Positions 45,056 to 55,168 of a DNA stretch of 57,191 bases are shown here, piece by piece. A program made the translations under genes and the position numbers. The DNA comes from a virus (Duplodnaviria > Caudoviricetes), in IMG/VR virus record IMGVR_UViG_3300024262_000034, positions 1 to 57,191 of that record. One strand, 5' to 3'. The notes below the pieces were generated by a model, which saw only the letters and a list, made by a program, of their open reading frames with translations, did no database searches and was not told the DNA's origin. Within the stretch, counting starts at the first letter, position 1. The number at the start of each line of letters is the position of its first letter.

Positions 45056-47086
45056 TTATAACCCTCTCAAAGATCGTCTATTTTTACGCAAAACATTTAA
45101 CACGGCTTTTTCACCACCGGGGGTATTCAGTGCTGAAGCCACCTCATTCGGGTCAGTCACATTAACAACATTCAAGTTTACCTGTGGGGGAGCCATAATA
45201 CTTTCAGTGTTAGTATTGTTAATTATCGTTCCATTCTGTTGTGGAACAAACAGTTCTCGTCTGCCACCCTCACCAACCATGAGTGGGCGACCAGCTTGAT
45301 TAAAACCCCCAATGGCTTGGCCTTTAGGTGCAGGTGTGCCCCCGGCTAAGCCTGCAAAAGGATTACCACCAAACACTGCTTCAACAGATTTAATGATTAA
45401 AATCTTCGCCAACACTTTCGTCAGATCGGCCAAGATACTGTCTGCTAATTTACTAAAGCTCAACTCTCCGGTGGTAACAAAATCAGCAAAAGCATCCCCC
45501 ATACCATCCAACACATTTTCTATCGTTTGTGCCCCTATAAGAGCAAATGCCTGTACGTCTTCCTTGACTTTATTCCACCCGTTTGACATGCCCTTGAAAA
45601 ACTTATTGCCCTTTTCGGTTGAGTCCGTTATTTTTTCATCTGCATCCGCAAACACTTTAGCAAGATCATCAATGGCCCGTGCCCGTTCCTTTTCCAGTTG
45701 AATTAGATTCTCTTGTGCCAGATCAATAATACCGAAACTGGAACCCTGCTCAAAAGCAGTGGTAAATGCAGCCGCAGCATCTGCCCCTGCTTCAGCCAAT
45801 GTCTTGGGGGCTTGTTCCGTAATTGTACCAAAAAGGTCTTGTGCGTCAAGACTAGCCAAATTATCTTCAAAAGTTTTGCCAAACGAGCCGAAAGATCGTT
45901 CAAAAGATTTTCTCATTTGAAAAGCCGCTTCGCTTGCAATCTGCTCAGCAACTTCAAAATTACCGGTCATAGAATTTTGAACAGCCGCCCCCAACTGCTG
46001 AAATGCCGCAGCGTTGATTTTTACAAAATTAATTGTTACATCCCCAATAGTTTGGAAGAATGCAAGTGTACTATCTAACATGCCCTCAAGAGCACTAAGT
46101 GTTGCGTTTATACCCCTAACTACGGAAGCAAGAAGAATAGCCCCAAGATCACCCCATGCAGACTCGATAGCCGCAACAGAACCATTAAATGCACCAATTA
46201 CCCTAGATAAAAACAAACCAATATCAAAAAGAAGATTATTAATTAAAATATCAAACTCTATACCAAACAACTGCATAGACTGAGTAATAAACTTGACTGA
46301 TTCTGCTGCACTCAAAATAAGTGTTGTTAGGGTGCTGAACGTCCCCGTAGATTTATTGATCTCTCCTACAAATAAAGACAAATTGTTCTTCAATACCACA
46401 AAAGATTCTGCAACCGTAGGTATTACACGACCAAATTTATCCTCAATTTCATCCTTAGCATTTTCAAATGCAGCAATAAGAATTTTAGAAGTAACTGCCC
46501 CCTCGTTAGCCAGCTTCCGCAACTCCCCAGTAGCAATCCCCATTTCTTTAGCAATCAACTGAGTCACAAACGGCAACTGCTCCAACACAGAGTTTAATTC
46601 CTGCCCGGACAATCTATTACCACTAAATGCCTGCGACAACTGCCGCAAAGCACCCGTAGCTTCCTGTGCGGTTGCACCGGAAATTCGTACAGATTTAGTA
46701 ATTGATTCGGTTATATCCAATAATCGTCTTTGTGAAAGTCCAAGCTGACCTGCTGAAATACGAAATCGTTGATACACCTCAGAAGATGCCGCAATACTCA
46801 CCCGTGTTTTATTGCTTATTTCAGCAAGCTCTTTAATAACAAAATTAGCCCCTTTCTGGCTCTCCGTAAAAATACGAACCCGGTTCGTCAATGATGTAAA
46901 CTCATCAGACAAATTAATGATACCACGAATAACAAAAATAGCACCAAAACCCAACAGAGCTTTCTTTAAGAAGCTCACGCTGGTTGCCGTTTTCTGTGCA
47001 GAAGAACCAAGTTTATTAAACTTATCCCGAACAACCTCCACCCCATCGGCTGTAACTCGTATAATAATTCCTTCAACAAGAGGCAT
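45056..47086 (-). CDS. Tape measure protein
   Basis: Tape-measure N-terminal QLSQA...ELNSVLEQ, Ala-rich helical body and C-terminal VGExGxELFVP. Confidence 0.92.
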   Translation of the reverse strand: MPLVEGIIIRVTADGVEVVRDKFNKLGSSAQKTATSVSFLKKALLGFGAIFVIRGIINLSDEFTSLTNRVRIFTESQKGANFVIKELAEISNKTRVSIAASSEVYQRFRISAGQLGLSQRRLLDITESITKSVRISGATAQEATGALRQLSQAFSGNRLSGQELNSVLEQLPFVTQLIAKEMGIATGELRKLANEGAVTSKILIAAFENAKDEIEDKFGRVIPTVAESFVVLKNNLSLFVGEINKSTGTFSTLTTLILSAAESVKFITQSMQLFGIEFDILINNLLFDIGLFLSRVIGAFNGSVAAIESAWGDLGAILLASVVRGINATLSALEGMLDSTLAFFQTIGDVTINFVKINAAAFQQLGAAVQNSMTGNFEVAEQIASEAAFQMRKSFERSFGSFGKTFEDNLASLDAQDLFGTITEQAPKTLAEAGADAAAAFTTAFEQGSSFGIIDLAQENLIQLEKERARAIDDLAKVFADADEKITDSTEKGNKFFKGMSNGWNKVKEDVQAFALIGAQTIENVLDGMGDAFADFVTTGELSFSKLADSILADLTKVLAKILIIKSVEAVFGGNPFAGLAGGTPAPKGQAIGGFNQAGRPLMVGEGGRRELFVPQQNGTIINNTNTESIMAPPQVNLNVVNVTDPNEVASALNTPGGEKAVLNVLRKNRRSLRGL

Positions 47087-47541
47087 TATAAAATACTCCC
47101 TGAATTAAAAGCAGCCTGTGCCGCAGCCAATGCCGGTTTAACCATGCCTGTTCTAGCTTGGGCTGAAGAACCTTCGTTCAATTTATTAATATAGGGAACA
47201 CCGTTTGAAATAACAATGTCCTGCCCAATAGTAATCGTCCAAGCGGATATAGCCTGTAATCCCTGAGCCAAAGAACGGGAATTGGCTGCTGAGATTGCAG
47301 CCGATCTATTACCTTCTCTGCCATCCACATCTGGGGGAGTATTTGTTAAAATGGGAACACCAATAGAAGCAATCCAATTACTTCGTGCACGGGATGTGTC
47401 CACGGGAGTACCGGTAACTAAAACCTGATCCAAAACCAGTGCAACCTTTCGGACACGAGTTTCTGCCCCCTTCTCAATCCGTTTACTCAGTATTCGGAGA
47501 GTCTTATCAAAATTTTTAATGTCATTTTTGTTGCTTGGCAT
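47086..47541 (-). CDS. HK97 gp10-like tail completion protein
   Basis: TPVDTxRARSNW and NxVPYIxxLNxGSSxQA motifs. Confidence 0.82.
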   Translation of the reverse strand: MPSNKNDIKNFDKTLRILSKRIEKGAETRVRKVALVLDQVLVTGTPVDTSRARSNWIASIGVPILTNTPPDVDGREGNRSAAISAANSRSLAQGLQAISAWTITIGQDIVISNGVPYINKLNEGSSAQARTGMVKPALAAAQAAFNSGSIL

Positions 47542-47857
47542 TGAAATACTCTATATACACGTTGTCCATCTGATAAGCGTAGTACACTAATTCATCTGCC
47601 TGTTCTTTTGTAAACTCATGGTACTCTATATACTGCACTATTGCTGTCCACGGTATCGGACCAACACCCATACCAATCTGCCTACAGGTGCTCAATGCTG
47701 AGTATGCAGTATAGAAAAGCTCCAGCCCCGGTAAAAGAACCGGAGCATTTTCTACACTGTCTGGTAAAGGTAGTTTCTTCCGTTTACAGACACTGGCAAT
47801 ATTTTTTTCACTCCGCCCTAGCCGCAGATGATAGCTTAGGACGGCTGTAAGTTTTTT
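47522..47857 (-). CDS. Tail assembly chaperone -1 frameshift extension (gpGT-like)
   Basis: Slippery A AAA AAC at 47857-47851. The -1 frame reads LTAVLSYHL...LSTCRQIGMGVGPIPWTAI...MDNVY to a TGA at 47522. Confidence 0.8.
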   Translation of the reverse strand, partial: KKLTAVLSYHLRLGRSEKNIASVCKRKKLPLPDSVENAPVLLPGLELFYTAYSALSTCRQIGMGVGPIPWTAIVQYIEYHEFTKEQADELVYYAYQMDNVYIEYFNAKQQK

Positions 47858-48267
47858 GCGTTGACTTCCTGTTGAGCCGCCATGAACAGGGCCAAGCTCT
47901 GTGACTGTTCACGAATATCCGCAAACAAGTGTGGGTACTTCTTAAAGACCCGGACACAATTTTCAACAGAGAATGGAATCTCTGGAGCATCCTCATCCTC
48001 AATATCTGGCTCAGTAATTCCCTGCCAATCCAGAACAATCGTCTTGGCATAAACCTGATGAAGGAGTTCATTGCCCTCTTCATCATCCAGAGTTTCCAGT
48101 TGAATCGCCCGACGATATTTCTTTTGAAGCCGATTCATTTCCTTCTGAAATTCGGTGTTGTGGGGACTAACCATACTGATTTTGATTTTCTCATCATCAC
48201 CATAATTAATCCAAACACCCTCTTTAACAGTTTCCTTTGTCACACCAAATGTGGCTTTAATTCCCAT
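47836..48267 (-). CDS. Tail assembly chaperone (gpG-like)
   Basis: GVWIxYG, WxG...FSxEN motifs. Lies between the tube and tape measure genes, with a GGAG RBS. Confidence 0.82.
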   Translation of the reverse strand: MGIKATFGVTKETVKEGVWINYGDDEKIKISMVSPHNTEFQKEMNRLQKKYRRAIQLETLDDEEGNELLHQVYAKTIVLDWQGITEPDIEDEDAPEIPFSVENCVRVFKKYPHLFADIREQSQSLALFMAAQQEVNAKNLQPS

Positions 48268-48350
48268 TCTAAATCTCCAAAACAAATTTCTACCTAAACC
48301 AGTCAAATACTATTATGTACCATTATTTACAAAAATAGTATATACAATAC

Positions 48351-49943
48351 TTATTCAGCCGCATCAGGCAAATAGTCCCAATGGACCATCAGCAGGGTGT
48401 GATCCATGTTGGCATCCACCGCAGCACCAGAAGCCGCCTCGTGGTTCAAAGGAACCTTGATAGGCTGATCCGACTCAATACTTAACAGGCCACCACCAAG
48501 AGCAATCAACGGAATGTCCAGCGTAATACCAGCGTTATCCTTCACCACTTGAACGTCCATGGTAACATCTGAATTACCTTCCACAGCCGCCTTAGACGCG
48601 ACATCCGCAAAATACCCGGTGGCCGAACCATTGACGGTAAAGTTCCCAGTGGACACATCAAACGCACCAATCGTGCCAATGGCTTTGTTGGGCGTAACGC
48701 CGTTAGAAATTGCAATGGTGAACTCTTCAAAAAACCCAAGCAAGGGGGTCGGAGCCGCATCAGTAGAACTGATAACGTGCATATTCACCCGAACCACATT
48801 GGATGAAGTATTGAAAGCATCAGACTCCGTAACAGTAACCACCGTTCCGGCTGCACTTCGCAAAGCAACATCACCAGCAACGGTAGCGGAATCTCCGGCC
48901 ACAAACGTCAGATCAGCAGTAAGTTTATCCGCCGTGCTGAAATTAAAAGTAATCTCATTAGGAACGGCCCCTTCAAGATACTCTGCCTGAATTTCAGCAG
49001 GTTCCTCATCGTCAGGAGCACCAAGTTCACGCTCAAGATGGTAGGTTCGACGAGTAATCAAAGAACCTGTTTCATTCTTCAACACCCGACCGCAGAAAAT
49101 GCGAATCAACTGTCCGGCTCCACCAGCACCATCAATCGTACCGTCATCAGCCACCATGGTGGACTCTGTTTTGTCCAGAGTAATTACGGTAGCCGTAACA
49201 GACTTCACACGGGCAAAGCCATTGTTGACAGCATTGAAGAATTTCTTAGTAGCTCCGTCACCACCCACATAAATGAACTCGCCGGGGATCAAGCCAAGCT
49301 CAGTCAAGTCTTTGCCTCCAGCCGACACAATCGTTGGCAAGTCACCAGAAACAACCACGGAGAGATCACCAGCCGTGAACTCATGCCCCACCATGGTGAG
49401 CCGTGCGGCTGCCGGGGGAGTCTCATCCACCAAGTTCTCGTCCACGGTAATTGCCGTAGCACCCACAGTTGCGACAACGTGGAGTCCATTGTTGGCAGAT
49501 TCCGTAAAACCAGTGCCTAAAACTATATCATTGGCCAAGAACCCACCACCACCAGCAGTGTAATCCCCGCCAGAAGCCGTGTAGGTATCCGCAAGCGTAG
49601 TCACATCATCAATGACAATCTTTGCACTACCAAAGGATGTGGTGTCAGGCTTCTCCCGCACATCAGCAAAAAAGAATCCTTGCAGCAAACGCTCAAAATT
49701 CGTTTGCGTCACATCCTGTTGGAGTGCACCAGAAGCGTCCTTATCGGTAATCACCCCCTTCTTATTTTGACGACCCGCATTAATCGGGTTGCGAGCCAAA
49801 AGGGTGCTGTTGCCGCCGAAGTCGCCGTAACTATTCGGCTCCAAATCGTACCAGTTCACAGCACCGGGGTTAGCCTTGAAGGTTGCTTCCTCAGCAAACC
49901 TTAGAGCAGTTACGTTACTATCAATCTTGTTTACAGCAGCCAT
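48351..49943 (-). CDS. Major tail tube protein
   Basis: KIDSNxTxLRxAEE and LEPNSYxDFGG...ARNPI...RQxKKG motifs, plus position. Confidence 0.88.
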   Translation of the reverse strand: MAAVNKIDSNVTALRFAEEATFKANPGAVNWYDLEPNSYGDFGGNSTLLARNPINAGRQNKKGVITDKDASGALQQDVTQTNFERLLQGFFFADVREKPDTTSFGSAKIVIDDVTTLADTYTASGGDYTAGGGGFLANDIVLGTGFTESANNGLHVVATVGATAITVDENLVDETPPAAARLTMVGHEFTAGDLSVVVSGDLPTIVSAGGKDLTELGLIPGEFIYVGGDGATKKFFNAVNNGFARVKSVTATVITLDKTESTMVADDGTIDGAGGAGQLIRIFCGRVLKNETGSLITRRTYHLERELGAPDDEEPAEIQAEYLEGAVPNEITFNFSTADKLTADLTFVAGDSATVAGDVALRSAAGTVVTVTESDAFNTSSNVVRVNMHVISSTDAAPTPLLGFFEEFTIAISNGVTPNKAIGTIGAFDVSTGNFTVNGSATGYFADVASKAAVEGNSDVTMDVQVVKDNAGITLDIPLIALGGGLLSIESDQPIKVPLNHEAASGAAVDANMDHTLLMVHWDYLPDAAE

Positions 49944-49956
49944 TTCAGCACCTTTC

Positions 49957-50376
49957 TTATTTTATGAGATCATACTCAAAACTTACAAACACATCTGTTC
50001 TAAACCTATTACCTGTTTTACCAAACTCATTGGAAAACGCACTACGAAACCAAACTCCACTGGGAGATTCCTTACCTTCAAACCCATCCTCAAAAGCCTG
50101 TGCAAAGGTATCACTATTTGCAAGCCCACCACCGGCTGCGGTATATATCTGTATCGTCAATAACCCGGATTTTTCATACCGCCTCTGGCCCCCACTATTG
50201 GCCAAGGTTGCTTGATTACCTGCTTGATGAACAAGCAGCGTTTTAATATAGTCCACACTATCTGGAATGTCATCCGGCACATCATCATAAATATCTTCAA
50301 TACCTTGAGCATCCGCAATGGCCTTCACCATAGCTAATATCTCATCCCGTGCGGCTGTTCTACTTGCTGGCGGCAT
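49957..50376 (-). CDS. Tail terminator protein
   Basis: Size, position before the tube gene and GxLxIQIY...GVWFR motif. Confidence 0.75.
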   Translation of the reverse strand: MPPASRTAARDEILAMVKAIADAQGIEDIYDDVPDDIPDSVDYIKTLLVHQAGNQATLANSGGQRRYEKSGLLTIQIYTAAGGGLANSDTFAQAFEDGFEGKESPSGVWFRSAFSNEFGKTGNRFRTDVFVSFEYDLIK

Positions 50377-50741
50377 TACTCGTGCCTCAACTGCAATTTA
50401 TACAGGTATAAAGTTATTCCCGGCTTAACGGGTTTAACACCCACAATAGCCCACTCAACTCCGTCTGAATCGACAAAAACATTATACCCTTCAAGATCAA
50501 CATCAGTAATTGGAGCAACTAATGCCTTCATATCTCCGGCCTTAATAATCTCACCATCAATCTCACCACGAGCATAATCAATCAACACTGCCGGAGCCGT
50601 AGTTGTTACAACGGGATCAGCAATTGTACCCGTAGCTCGCCACGGCTTGTCTGAATCCACGGGAGTTCGGCTAAGTTTCTTCATGGTCACAGTACGACCC
50701 TTGGCCAATATCAATCTTGTTGCTGTTTCTACTAAACCCAC
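50376..50741 (-). CDS. Head closure / head-tail joining protein
   Basis: AxRLIxxxGR...PW...IxxGD...KPG...LYxLQLR pattern. Confidence 0.72.
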   Translation of the reverse strand: MGLVETATRLILAKGRTVTMKKLSRTPVDSDKPWRATGTIADPVVTTTAPAVLIDYARGEIDGEIIKAGDMKALVAPITDVDLEGYNVFVDSDGVEWAIVGVKPVKPGITLYLYKLQLRHE

Positions 50742-51256
50742 TAACCGCCTCTAACTAAACCACGTTTTGAAACAATCAACCCTCGAACCTTTAACTTTAA
50801 ATCCGCAACCGGGTACTCTGGTAGTTGCAAAGAACCACCAAGAAAAGTGACATCTACTTCAATAACATCCACCTTCTCTTTTATCCGCTTAATGTTACGG
50901 CCATGAGCATCTATCTCCGGCGTTGGATTCAAAGTGGTTGTTAATGCAATAAACGCATACTCTGCGGTGGCCTCTTCAACTGGAACAGGAATACCACTTA
51001 ACAAGTAGCCTTCACTATCATAAGCATCCACTCTCGGCCAACTCACCCGTTGATCCGTAGTACGCCGCCCACCAACAAACGAAAACCGTTGATCCAAATA
51101 GTCTGTAGCCTTCACGATAGCTTTCTGAATAGCAGAATTTCCATAGGTAGAAATAACACCACCACGATCATTATGATAATCCTTAAATTGCTGTACAGTA
51201 ATATAAGCATTCGCAGTCGCCGTGATATTATCAGAATCAATTACTTCAAAAGCCAT
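50741..51256 (-). CDS. Head-tail adaptor (DnaT-like phage family)
   Basis: ANAYI, ATDYLD, QxxxWPR and IPxxVxxAxAE motifs. Confidence 0.8.
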   Translation of the reverse strand: MAFEVIDSDNITATANAYITVQQFKDYHNDRGGVISTYGNSAIQKAIVKATDYLDQRFSFVGGRRTTDQRVSWPRVDAYDSEGYLLSGIPVPVEEATAEYAFIALTTTLNPTPEIDAHGRNIKRIKEKVDVIEVDVTFLGGSLQLPEYPVADLKLKVRGLIVSKRGLVRGG

Positions 51257-51265
51257 CTCAACCTC

Positions 51266-51637
51266 TTATGGTAAGTTTGGATCAGTTATGTCAGAACCCA
51301 CAACCCAACGCCCGGCTGCTACGGTGCAGACCACACCAGCATCCGTAACAATCTGTATGTCATAATAGTATTCATCAGGAACCTGTTTGGCATTGGCTGC
51401 GGAAAGAGGAAAATCAATTATTCCACTAGCGGGGGTTGTCAATACACCTGTTATCTCAAACAACTGGTTCGTTTCATCCGTAGGCTCATCCTGAGTATTG
51501 ACAGATAACTTTGCGGAATAACCAGTCACGTCAATTGCAGAACCCGCAGAGTCCTTAACAGTAATTCGTTGAGTTTTCGTATCCCCACGAACCACATAAA
51601 TATCTTGATTTAATCGACCATATAAATCATCAGCCAT
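51266..51637 (-). CDS. BppU-N-like virion accessory protein
   Basis: RGDT...IDxTG...YYYDIQ...G pattern. Confidence 0.6.
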   Translation of the reverse strand: MADDLYGRLNQDIYVVRGDTKTQRITVKDSAGSAIDVTGYSAKLSVNTQDEPTDETNQLFEITGVLTTPASGIIDFPLSAANAKQVPDEYYYDIQIVTDAGVVCTVAAGRWVVGSDITDPNLP

Positions 51638-51639
51638 TT

Positions 51640-51777
51640 TTATGCACCTATATCTTCAACAGTAGTTAAGACCACATCGTAATCTTCAATCTCTTCTAAA
51701 GTTACTTCCAGCCCATCAACAACCGCCTGTGTGGTTTGAAGCTGCGTAAACACAGGAAACATTCCTTGCAATGCCAT
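51640..51777 (-). CDS. Small acidic protein (45 aa)
   Basis: Hand-translated MALQGMFPVF..., with TAATG coupling. Confidence 0.45.
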   Translation of the reverse strand: MALQGMFPVFTQLQTTQAVVDGLEVTLEEIEDYDVVLTTVEDIGA

Positions 51778-52724
51778 TACACAACCGTCCTTGTATTTCC
51801 ATCCGCACTTACATTTAAAGTAAACGCCGGAGTAGAATCATCGTCCTCATACACCACAACAACACTGGGGCTTCCGGGAGTCACCACCACCCGGTTACTC
51901 AACGTCTTTCGGTTCTTTTCGACGGATGTCAATATAGTATCAACGATTCCATCAATCGTATCAACCTTACCATCCACAGTTGACAATGCCGAAGCAGTTG
52001 CGAGCGTTGCCAGTGTAGCGGGTAGGGTTGTTCCGGTATCCAGAAGTACGGCATCCACATTTGTACTAATCGTATCAACCTTACCATCCACAGTTGACAG
52101 TGCCGAAGCAGTTGCGAGCGTTGCCAGTGTAGCGGGTAGGGTTGTTCCGGTATCCTCAACAATCAACACTGTTTCTGCCTTCACTGCCGCAACGTCTGCT
52201 GAAACAGAAGCACCAGCAGGAGCACCTAACCGAGCGAAGTTGTCCCCAGTTTGTTTGGTGTTGCCCGTATAGGTAGTAACAGTTCCTATGGTTGAGGCTG
52301 ATTTATTGTAGCCGGTTCCATCATAATCATCCTCAAGATTATTTAAAGCAGTTGTCAACCCTTTAAGTTTAGAAACATCCACCCGACCAGAAGAATCTGC
52401 AATACCTACAGTTTCCACAATAAGATTCTGCATGATTGCATTCAAGGCCAGTTCCCGCTTGGTCAATAAGAATGGCTTATACCGATCCGAATCTACCAAG
52501 GTTGCACCACCATCAATCAAACCAACCAAATCTTCTCCAACAACATCCCAAGGGGCAGTGCCGAGTGTGACGGTGAACCTATACCAGCCGTTACCTAACT
52601 CAGTGAACGATGGCTTACTTGCCATCTTGTCTGTCTGGTTAGTGGCAGTCTCCAACGCAATGAAGACTGGTGTGAGGCCAGTCGCCGCCACGCCCGCATC
52701 AGAAAAATATTTAAAATAAAGCAT
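51777..52724 (-). CDS. Putative virion fibre or accessory protein with internal duplication
   Basis: TELGNGWY N-terminal domain and a Thr/Ala-rich repeat, within the structural operon. Confidence 0.6.
   Translation of the reverse strand: MLYFKYFSDAGVAATGLTPVFIALETATNQTDKMASKPSFTELGNGWYRFTVTLGTAPWDVVGEDLVGLIDGGATLVDSDRYKPFLLTKRELALNAIMQNLIVETVGIADSSGRVDVSKLKGLTTALNNLEDDYDGTGYNKSASTIGTVTTYTGNTKQTGDNFARLGAPAGASVSADVAAVKAETVLIVEDTGTTLPATLATLATASALSTVDGKVDTISTNVDAVLLDTGTTLPATLATLATASALSTVDGKVDTIDGIVDTILTSVEKNRKTLSNRVVVTPGSPSVVVVYEDDDSTPAFTLNVSADGNTRTVV
51954..52155. repeat. 88-bp intragenic direct repeat (114-bp period, 1 synonymous mismatch)
   Basis: 51954-52041 versus 52068-52155, encoding DTGTTLPATLATLATASALSTVDGKVDTI. 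Confidence 0.93.
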
Positions 52725-52733
52725 TATAATGTC

Positions 52734-54233
52734 CTATGTCGTAAACTGGTTGACCAGTGAGTTTTCACCAGATCGGGACGGAATCTCAATAGTTGGTGGT
52801 CCTAGCTGTGTCGCATTTCCGTGAATATCTGTTATCCCGGAACGCTTGATTTTAGTGTTGCGAATTCGTAAGTCTCCACCTGCCACGTTAGCCAGCCTTG
52901 GGTCATCCGTAACATTGTCCGTTGGGTGCGGAAAGACATTACTTATGGCTCCGGTGTCTATCGTCCCGTTTATCACTGAGTTTATGCTTCGCAAGGCTCC
53001 ACCACTCCCCTGTTCAACCTCACTCTGCGTATTATCAGAAATAATGCTGTTGATGAGATAGCCTTGATTGATCGTTCCACGCTTTTTCCAGCCGTCGAGA
53101 TTACCGGCAATAATGCCATTAACCCACATTCCACTTTGGTTGGTTGTGTCCACACCGTAGAGTCCATTGTTATAGGAAGCACAGCCAAAGGCAGAAGCCC
53201 CTCGCATAGAAAATCCAACGTGGGTGTTTCCGTATGCCCGACAGTTGACAAAACCAATATGCCCGTACTGTTGATTCGCTACGCTTGTTACGGTCATACC
53301 AGAAGAATCACCGTCATAAAAATCGCAATCAATGAATAAGGCTTGAATTTCGCTACCACTTGCCTGATAGTACCGCATAGCGTTAATGCACTTACCACCA
53401 CCGGCCCCATCGCCGCCATCATAAAAATCACACTTATAAAACAACAGTCCTCGGATGGCATAAGTGTTTGAGTATATTTGCAGATTATAGGTATAACTGG
53501 CTCCATCCCCCACCCCTCGAACATGGAAGTTCTCAAACTGGGTGTTATACATATTTGCAACAGCCCCAGTCCCTATGTATAGCCCATGACCAGCACCCAC
53601 GGGATTGTTGCCATTGTAGTTATAAAGAACAGGTCCATCATCCTCCGGCGTTGTCTGAAATCCCTTTATTCGCAAGTACGCATCGGTAGCTTCCGAGCCA
53701 CCACGGGTCCATGCTATCGTTGCTGATCGGTTGCTGTCTCCCTTGTTGTCGTATAGTGTTACGTCCTGATAACCAGCATCAACCTCATCATGTGCCGTCT
53801 GAATATCATTAAACGCCCCACCAATCGTAACATTGACGGTGGGGACCGAAGTGGTGTAGCCTATAAGGATGTCAATATAATTGCCACTGGCATCGACTGC
53901 GGTAACTTCGTAATAATCATCTGGATAGGTGGCAGAAAAATCAAAATACCCCACCATACCAACTTCAGTGTTTGTGAATGCTCCACTCTTGGTAATACGG
54001 AGTTTCCCACTGCCGTTATTGGAGATCGCTGCTGTCGTAGCACTGTCGATTGCACCCCCATTCGTGCCAATCAATGCAGCCATCGCTGCCGCTTCCCCGA
54101 CCGAAATTACTTTAGCATCCCACCATTCTTTAGTGCAACCTCCGGGGTTGGCTAGACCGGCCTTAGTGCCTGTGCCACCAACAAAGAACACACTGGATTT
54201 ACCATCAACAACATCAAAAATATCATACGACAT
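52734..54233 (-). CDS. Right-handed beta-helix (pectin-lyase-like) spike protein
   Basis: Repeated FxxCxxYxxxxxG / NxIIxxN turns and C-terminal DPxLxNxxxGDLR. Confidence 0.7.
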   Translation of the reverse strand: MSYDIFDVVDGKSSVFFVGGTGTKAGLANPGGCTKEWWDAKVISVGEAAAMAALIGTNGGAIDSATTAAISNNGSGKLRITKSGAFTNTEVGMVGYFDFSATYPDDYYEVTAVDASGNYIDILIGYTTSVPTVNVTIGGAFNDIQTAHDEVDAGYQDVTLYDNKGDSNRSATIAWTRGGSEATDAYLRIKGFQTTPEDDGPVLYNYNGNNPVGAGHGLYIGTGAVANMYNTQFENFHVRGVGDGASYTYNLQIYSNTYAIRGLLFYKCDFYDGGDGAGGGKCINAMRYYQASGSEIQALFIDCDFYDGDSSGMTVTSVANQQYGHIGFVNCRAYGNTHVGFSMRGASAFGCASYNNGLYGVDTTNQSGMWVNGIIAGNLDGWKKRGTINQGYLINSIISDNTQSEVEQGSGGALRSINSVINGTIDTGAISNVFPHPTDNVTDDPRLANVAGGDLRIRNTKIKRSGITDIHGNATQLGPPTIEIPSRSGENSLVNQFTT

Positions 54234-54242
54234 AGTTCATCC

Positions 54243-54596
54243 CTAAGCAGGAAGCACGTCTGGCGACGGTGGAAGTCCTTGAAGCCAAATCTTTACAAAT
54301 TGATATTCATTACCGTCTTCTCCAACAACCTGTCCACGTTCAGTAGTCCAATTGGGAAAGTTTGCATCAAGATACGTTTTAACAGCATTCTTAATTTCTT
54401 GCAGTCTGTTATTATCACGGGCTTCATCAAAAGCTCCGATGATGATCTGCTTAACCTTACGAATAAATGATGCGGAAACAGAGTGTCCAAGAAGATTCTT
54501 AAACTGCTGTTGAGTTGCATTAACAACCTGCTGTCGTGTTAGGTTGTTATCTCGGACATACTTCTGGATAACGATAAAGTCAGGATTTTCCCGCAT
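54243..54596 (-). CDS. Hypothetical protein
   Basis: ORF with start refined to MRENPD. Confidence 0.55.
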   Translation of the reverse strand: MRENPDFIVIQKYVRDNNLTRQQVVNATQQQFKNLLGHSVSASFIRKVKQIIIGAFDEARDNNRLQEIKNAVKTYLDANFPNWTTERGQVVGEDGNEYQFVKIWLQGLPPSPDVLPA

Positions 54597-54597
54597 A

Positions 54598-55083
54598 TCA
54601 TTCCCTGCTAAATTCAGGATTAATAAAATCAATATCCACACGAGTGACTTCATGCACACCAGAAAGTTTCGACACCACATCAACGGAAGGTTTACCATCT
54701 TCGGTCCAGTGTTCCTCATTCTTAGGGTCTAGTTCCAACAAAGCATGTGCAATCTTTCTGCGATTAATGTCCCCAATATCTTCATCAGACTCTTCTATAA
54801 TTTCATCCTCATCGAAATTATCCTGATCTTCTTCTACTGGATCAGGATCATCACTCTCCACCTCTGGAAATGTATATAGACCCTGTTCGGCGGCCCGGAT
54901 TAATTCGTCCGAATTTTCCGGGTAGGCTCGGATGGTTCGACCTAAGTATGAAATAGGACCGGCAAGTTTTTCCAGATCGCCCCTGAGTGGACATTTGCCG
55001 TTTACAAACTGAAATCCATTGCGTTGAAATGTTTTACCCTGACGACCCCCGGTTGCAATCAGCGTGATACTGCCTTGAGACAT
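54598..55083 (-). CDS. Conserved head-region protein with acidic linker and HWTxDGKP domain
   Basis: FVNG N-terminus, D/E run and LDPxNxxHWTxxGKP...VTR motif. Confidence 0.65.
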   Translation of the reverse strand: MSQGSITLIATGGRQGKTFQRNGFQFVNGKCPLRGDLEKLAGPISYLGRTIRAYPENSDELIRAAEQGLYTFPEVESDDPDPVEEDQDNFDEDEIIEESDEDIGDINRRKIAHALLELDPKNEEHWTEDGKPSVDVVSKLSGVHEVTRVDIDFINPEFSRE

Positions 55084-55109
55084 TTTATTCTACCTTTATA
55101 GATGAAATA

Positions 55110-55153
55110 AACGCACAGTGTTTATCCTACCAGAAAAGAAAACACTGTGCGTT
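55110..55153. terminator. Hairpin after the head decoration gene
   Basis: 14-bp inverted repeat AACGCACAGTGTTT / AAACACTGTGCGTT. Confidence 0.55.
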
Positions 55154-55168
55154 GAAATAACAAAATGC

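Noticed and set aside
51954-52155. DGR template/variable repeat pair
   Set aside because: Both copies are in-frame within one gene, differ by a single synonymous base, and no reverse transcriptase is present.
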